Assembly: GCA_047601445.1 (NCBI GenBank)
Contig: JASGJH010000001.1
Location: forward strand, 4,736,001 to 4,800,000
Origin: Myxococcales bacterium
GTDB lineage: Bacteria; Myxococcota_A; Polyangia; Polyangiales; DASUME01
Direction: 5' to 3'
Length of the DNA stretch: 64,000 nucleotides
The notes under the pieces were generated by a model. The model saw only the letters and a program-made list of their open reading frames with translations. It did no database searches and was not told the origin of the DNA. The position numbers were made by a program, and so were the translations under genes. Numbering within the stretch: the first letter of the stretch is position 1; the number at the start of each line of letters is the position of its first letter. Positions 59,481 to 64,000 of this stretch are shown here, piece after piece.

Positions 59481-59678
59481 ATGCCACACGACCTTCCCGA
59501 CGTGCGGGACGGCCTCACACGCCTCGAGCGCGCGGTGCTGGTGGAGCTCGCTCGCGCCCGCGAAGAATACGGCGAGCGACATGTGCCCAGCGCGCTCTTG
59601 TACGGACGCGTGGTGGAGCACGTCGACGTGAGCGTCGAGGAGTTCCAGCGCGTGCTGCGCAGGCTAGCTGGAGGCTGA
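59481..59678 (+). CDS. Small hypothetical protein resembling the GyrA/ParC N-terminal segment
   Basis: 65 aa: DLPDVRDGLTRLERAVL...SALLYGRVVE. Confidence 0.7.
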   Translation: MPHDLPDVRDGLTRLERAVLVELARAREEYGERHVPSALLYGRVVEHVDVSVEEFQRVLRRLAGG

Positions 59679-59695
59679 CCGAGTCAGGCGTCCGT

Positions 59696-60529
59696 TTACT
59701 CGAAAGCGATATCCCGGAAGTCGCTGATCGGTTCGTAGCCGATGCGCGGATAGATGTGGTTCGAGATCGGGTTGGCGAGATCGGTGAACAGACACGCCTG
59801 CCGCTTGCCGGCGTCGAGCACGTACTGGCTGAGCGCAGACACCAGCGCGGTGGCATAGCCCTCGCCGCGCCGTTCAGGGGGCGTGTAGACGGGACCGATG
59901 GATGCGCTGGTGGCGAGCTCTCGCCCGACCGCCGCCAGGCACACGGGGCCGCCGTGATCCCAGACGAACACGCGCCCGGCATCGAGTGCGCGGCGTGCGA
60001 TGCCCACCGGGTCGACTGGATCGCGCGGGATCGCTTCGCGATGGAAGGCCCGGAACCAGTGGGTCACGAGGCTGGCATCGCGCGGCTTGGCCAGGCGCAT
60101 CACCCCGGGCACGCTGGGGCGGAACTTGACGCGCTTGAGGGAGAAAAGCCGCAGGTCGAGCTCGTTGCGGGAGCGGACGCACTGACGACGCGCCCAGGCC
60201 TCGGCAAACGCCGACGCGCTGGCGGCGGGACCGTGCACGGCCGGAAATTGCGCCTGCACCTGCGCCAGGAATTCGGCCAGGGCTTCGGCGGACTCGCGAT
60301 CGAGCTCCGAGATCACCAAGTTTCGTGGGGGAGTCTGAAGCGCGCAGCCGCGGATTTCCCCGTAACATCGAATCACCGCGAACCAGGCGCTCGGGCAGAC
60401 CTGGGGCTCGTGGATCAGTAGCTGGGTGACCCCCAGCTTCAGGCCACAGGTGAGCTCGCGATCCGCCAGGAAGCCCTGGGCCGTCGCGAGAAAATCCCGC
60501 GCATTCGACAGGCGCTCCACGCTGCGCAT
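59696..60529 (-). CDS. GNAT family N-acetyltransferase
   Basis: IGPVYTPPERRGEGYA, LFTDLANPISNHIYPRIGY. Confidence 0.9.
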   Translation of the reverse strand: MRSVERLSNARDFLATAQGFLADRELTCGLKLGVTQLLIHEPQVCPSAWFAVIRCYGEIRGCALQTPPRNLVISELDRESAEALAEFLAQVQAQFPAVHGPAASASAFAEAWARRQCVRSRNELDLRLFSLKRVKFRPSVPGVMRLAKPRDASLVTHWFRAFHREAIPRDPVDPVGIARRALDAGRVFVWDHGGPVCLAAVGRELATSASIGPVYTPPERRGEGYATALVSALSQYVLDAGKRQACLFTDLANPISNHIYPRIGYEPISDFRDIAFE

Positions 60530-60801
60530 TCCAACCGCTTATCGCCGCTCGGTCCTGGCCGTCAAGGTCACTCCCCGGAACCCTCCTGGTCACGGCCGTG
60601 GGGCCCGTGATCGGACCTGGCGCGCGGCGTCCCCATCCAGGCTCAGGTCGAACTCGGTCACTGAGTCTGAGCTCACTGATAGTGAATGATCTTTCAGTGG
60701 GATTTTTTGGCGTCGTTTCGCTGTTTTGGACAGCGTTCAGACTTGCTTGTCAAAGCGCATCTGACTACACCGGCCGCAAGGCCAGGGGGAGGACGAGGGG
60801 C

Positions 60802-63800
60802 ATGGTTCGTAACAGCTACGACGTCGTGGTGGTCGGTGCAGGACCAGTGGGCTCGGTGGCTGCGGTGGCAGCCGCGCGGACCGGGGCACGCGTGCTCTTG
60901 CTGGAGGCCAATCCCGAAGCCGCGCGCCGCTTCGCGGGCGAATGGCTGCATCCCACGGGAGTCGCGGTGCTCGATCGCCTGCGCATCGGCCGCCTCGAAG
61001 GCGCCGACGCACGCACGGGCTACGGCTTCGTGGTGTTCCCGGACGACGGAAGCGAACCCGTGGAGCTCGCCTATCCGAGCGGCCAGGTCGCGCTGGCCTG
61101 CGAGCACTCGAGCATCGTGGAAGCGCTGCGCGAGCGCGCCGCCTCGCTCGACGAGGTCGACTATCTGCCCCACGCGCGCGTGACCAGCATCGAGGGTCAC
61201 CGCGTGACCTTCCGCACCCGCGAGGGTGAGCACAGCGTGCATGCCGGCAAGGTCATCGGCGCCGACGGGCGCTCCTCCGTGGCGCGCAAGGCGCTCGGGC
61301 TCTCCGCCCACGGCGCCCCGGTCTCGTACATGGCCTCGGTGGAGCTGCGCGGCGTGGAGCTGCCGGTCGAGGGCTATGGTCACGTGGTGCTCGGCGGGCC
61401 CGGGCCCGTGCTCATGTACCGCATCGGGCCCGACCTGATCCGCGGCTGCTTCGACGTGCCGCTGTCGTTCGACGCCAGCCGCCGCAACCCCACCTTCCTG
61501 TGGGACGGCTTCTCGGCCGTGCTGCCGGGGCGTCTGCGACGCTCCTTCCGCGACGCGCTCGAGCGGGGACCCGTGCACTGGGCCGTCAACCGCTTCGCGC
61601 CGCGCGGCTTCTATGGGCAAGGCCCTGTCTGGCTGGCGGGCGACGCGGTGGGGCATTTCCACCCGCTCACCGCGGCGGGCATGACGCTCGGCTTCCTCGA
61701 CGCCGAGCTCGCGGGCGAGACCGGCTCGCTCACCGAATACCATCGCACGCGCGAGCGCGGCAGCTACGTGCCCGAATTGCTCTCCAACGCGCTTTACCAG
61801 GTGCTCTCCCGCGAAGACGCCAGCGCCACCGCCGTTCGCAGTGCGGTGTACCGCGTGTGGCGCAAGAGCCCGTCCGAGCGCGAGCGCACCATGCGCCTGC
61901 TGATGGGCGCCACGTCCAGCCGCTCCACCTTCGGCGCCTCGTTCACGCGCATGGCCCTGTCGGCCTTCCGCAACACCATCAGCGAGCTCTCCCAGGCACG
62001 CCGCTTCGACGCGCTGCTGCCGTCGCTCGCCTCGTACCGTGAGTGGGTCCAGTGGCCCGCTGCCTCGCTCGCACCCTCCCGCGGACGTCGCCGCTATCGC
62101 ATGAAGAGCACCTCCGAGCGCCCGCTGCCCTGGCGCGGCCTGAAGCTGCTCAAGCCCAGCCAGATCGAGGCCGCTCCCGCGGTTCCGTTGATGGAAGCCA
62201 GCGCCGAGAAGGGCGAGGGCCCCACCCTACAAGAGGCGCTCTCGCTGGCCGGTGATGCCCTGCTCGTGGAGCTCAAGCGCCTGCACGAGCGCATCGGCCG
62301 CGATCCTCACTGGATGCTGATGCGCAGCGCCACGCGCATCGTGGCTGCCATCGACGCCGCCGACCTGGGCACCAGCATGGCCGCCCGCATGGGCCTGGCC
62401 CGCCGCCCCATGGCGCGTCTCGGCATCGCGAGCCTGCTCGGCGCCTACGAAGCCGACCCGCACGTCATCCGTGCCAGCGACTTCGCCTCGTTCATGCTCA
62501 GCCTCGTCACCCCCGACGACAGCTCCACCGTGGACCGCCTCGACGACGGCGTGCGCCACTTGCTGGCCTGCCAGCGTCCCAACGGCGGCTTCGCGCCGTG
62601 GCCGCAGCCGTCGGCGCAGCCCGATCTCGCGACCACAGAGCTGGCCTGCCGTGCACTCGCGCGCTGCCGCGATCGCTACGGCGACGACGGCGCCTTCCGC
62701 TATACCGACGCGCTCTCGCGCGCCCGGCGCTTCCTGCTCTCGAGCCAGGCCAAGGACGGCAGCTGGCCCGCCAGCGAGCTCGAGGGCGTCCTCAGCAACA
62801 CCGCCCACGCCATGCGCGCCCTGTCGGCAGTCGGAGAACCCGCGGCCTCCTCGGCTTTGCGCCGCGCCGCGCGCTTCTTGGCCTCGGCCCAGTCCGAAGA
62901 CGGTGTGTTCGCCGCGCGCGCAGACGAGCGCGCTGCCACACCCGAGCTCACGGCCCGCGCCGTCAACGCCTTGCTCACCGTGCGCGGTCCCCACTGGGGC
63001 GTGATCCAGCGCGCGGTTCCTCACTTGATCGCGCGCCTGGCCGACACGGTCGCGGTCGAAGTCCGCGAAGCCCGCAGCGAAGAGGCCTGGGAGCGCTGCT
63101 GCGATCTCGTCGACGCGCTCACCGCACTCGAGGCGCAGCGCCGCGCTCGACCGCGCCCCGAGCTGTTCCGCGCCCAGCAGTCGGGCGACGACTGGGCCTT
63201 CTGCAAGGAGAGCCTGGTGGCGGTCTCGCGCACCTTCTCCAAGCCGATCGCGATGTTGCCCGGCGACCTCGAGGTCGCGGTGACCTGCGGCTATCTTCTG
63301 TGCCGCATCGCCGACACCGTCGAAGATCACCCGGCCGTGCCGCGCGGGCAGAAGGACGACCTGTTCAACCGCTTCCTGAGCGTGCTCGAGCAGGGCGGCA
63401 GCGCGCGCGACTTCTCGATCGCCTTCGAGGCCATCGAGGGTGACGACGCCGAGCTCTCGCTGGCGCGCCAACTCCCGTGCGTCATGCGCGTGTTTACCTC
63501 GCTGCCCGAAGGCATGCAGGCCGTGGTCGGTCGCTGGGTGGCCGAGATGTCGCGCGGCATGAGCCTCTACACGCACCGTGAGCCCGGAGACGACGGCTTC
63601 GTGGCCCTCTACACGGTCGAGGATCTCGAGCGCTACTGCTACTACGTGGCGGGCACCGTCGGGCACATGCTCACCGAGCTCTTCGCGGAGGCCATGGGCG
63701 ACCGCGTCGACAAGCGCACGCTGGCGGAGATGCGGCATCACGCCGAGGCCTTCGGCGCCGGACTGCAGCTGGTGAACATCCTCAAGGACGTCACCGACGA

Positions 63801-64000
63801 CCGCCAACGCCGCTGGTCCTTCATCCCGCGCGCAGCCTGCGAGCGCGTGGGCATCAGCATCGAGAACCTCACCGACGAGGACGTGCGCGACCGTGCCCAC
63901 CTGGCGGTGGCGCCGCTGTTCGACTTGGCCAAGGTCAAGCTCGACCGCGCGCTCGCCTACGCCCTGTCCATCCCCCCGGATCAAAAGGGGGTGCGCTTGT
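60802..64000 (+). CDS. Multidomain triterpenoid enzyme: squalene epoxidase + degenerate terpene-cyclase (QW) fragment + squalene synthase; 3'-truncated by window edge
   Basis: ATG at 60802 after GGAGG; no in-frame stop to the window end; GAGPVG, GEWLHPTG, GDAVGHFHPLTAAGMT; QRPNGGF, QAKDGSW, QSEDGVF; VSRTF, CRIADTVED, YCYYVAGTVG, LQLVNILKDVTDD. Confidence 0.88.
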   Translation, partial: MVRNSYDVVVVGAGPVGSVAAVAAARTGARVLLLEANPEAARRFAGEWLHPTGVAVLDRLRIGRLEGADARTGYGFVVFPDDGSEPVELAYPSGQVALACEHSSIVEALRERAASLDEVDYLPHARVTSIEGHRVTFRTREGEHSVHAGKVIGADGRSSVARKALGLSAHGAPVSYMASVELRGVELPVEGYGHVVLGGPGPVLMYRIGPDLIRGCFDVPLSFDASRRNPTFLWDGFSAVLPGRLRRSFRDALERGPVHWAVNRFAPRGFYGQGPVWLAGDAVGHFHPLTAAGMTLGFLDAELAGETGSLTEYHRTRERGSYVPELLSNALYQVLSREDASATAVRSAVYRVWRKSPSERERTMRLLMGATSSRSTFGASFTRMALSAFRNTISELSQARRFDALLPSLASYREWVQWPAASLAPSRGRRRYRMKSTSERPLPWRGLKLLKPSQIEAAPAVPLMEASAEKGEGPTLQEALSLAGDALLVELKRLHERIGRDPHWMLMRSATRIVAAIDAADLGTSMAARMGLARRPMARLGIASLLGAYEADPHVIRASDFASFMLSLVTPDDSSTVDRLDDGVRHLLACQRPNGGFAPWPQPSAQPDLATTELACRALARCRDRYGDDGAFRYTDALSRARRFLLSSQAKDGSWPASELEGVLSNTAHAMRALSAVGEPAASSALRRAARFLASAQSEDGVFAARADERAATPELTARAVNALLTVRGPHWGVIQRAVPHLIARLADTVAVEVREARSEEAWERCCDLVDALTALEAQRRARPRPELFRAQQSGDDWAFCKESLVAVSRTFSKPIAMLPGDLEVAVTCGYLLCRIADTVEDHPAVPRGQKDDLFNRFLSVLEQGGSARDFSIAFEAIEGDDAELSLARQLPCVMRVFTSLPEGMQAVVGRWVAEMSRGMSLYTHREPGDDGFVALYTVEDLERYCYYVAGTVGHMLTELFAEAMGDRVDKRTLAEMRHHAEAFGAGLQLVNILKDVTDDRQRRWSFIPRAACERVGISIENLTDEDVRDRAHLAVAPLFDLAKVKLDRALAYALSIPPDQKGVRL

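Overview
High-GC, densely coding chromosomal window with about 55 genes. The gene repertoire (MYXO-CTERM-like C-terminal tails, Cys-rich lipoproteins, a Ser/Thr kinase plus PEGA/TPR pair, an ECF42-type sigma factor, a sterol-pathway enzyme) points to a myxobacterium, probably Polyangia; this is inference. Most genes are housekeeping or accessory: queE, hrpB, ettA, pit/DUF47, ndh, a glutaredoxin fusion, corA, feoAB, maf, glnS, a mutH-like gene, MATE and an EAL protein. I recognised no rRNA, tRNA, CRISPR array, transposase or prophage. Three features stand out. (1) An ORF absent from the supplied track because it runs off the right edge (60802->64000, at least 1066 codons) fuses a squalene epoxidase, a degenerate oxidosqualene-cyclase-like QW-repeat fragment and a eukaryote-type squalene synthase. 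(2) Two inverted copies of a ~165-nt conserved core, each closed by a different ~40-bp stem, lie in the same sense orientation directly upstream of the divergent metal importers corA and feoAB; this is a candidate cis-regulatory RNA or a palindromic repeat family. (3) A 65-aa stand-alone protein resembles the N-terminus of GyrA. All calls are by-eye motif recognition; no searches were run.
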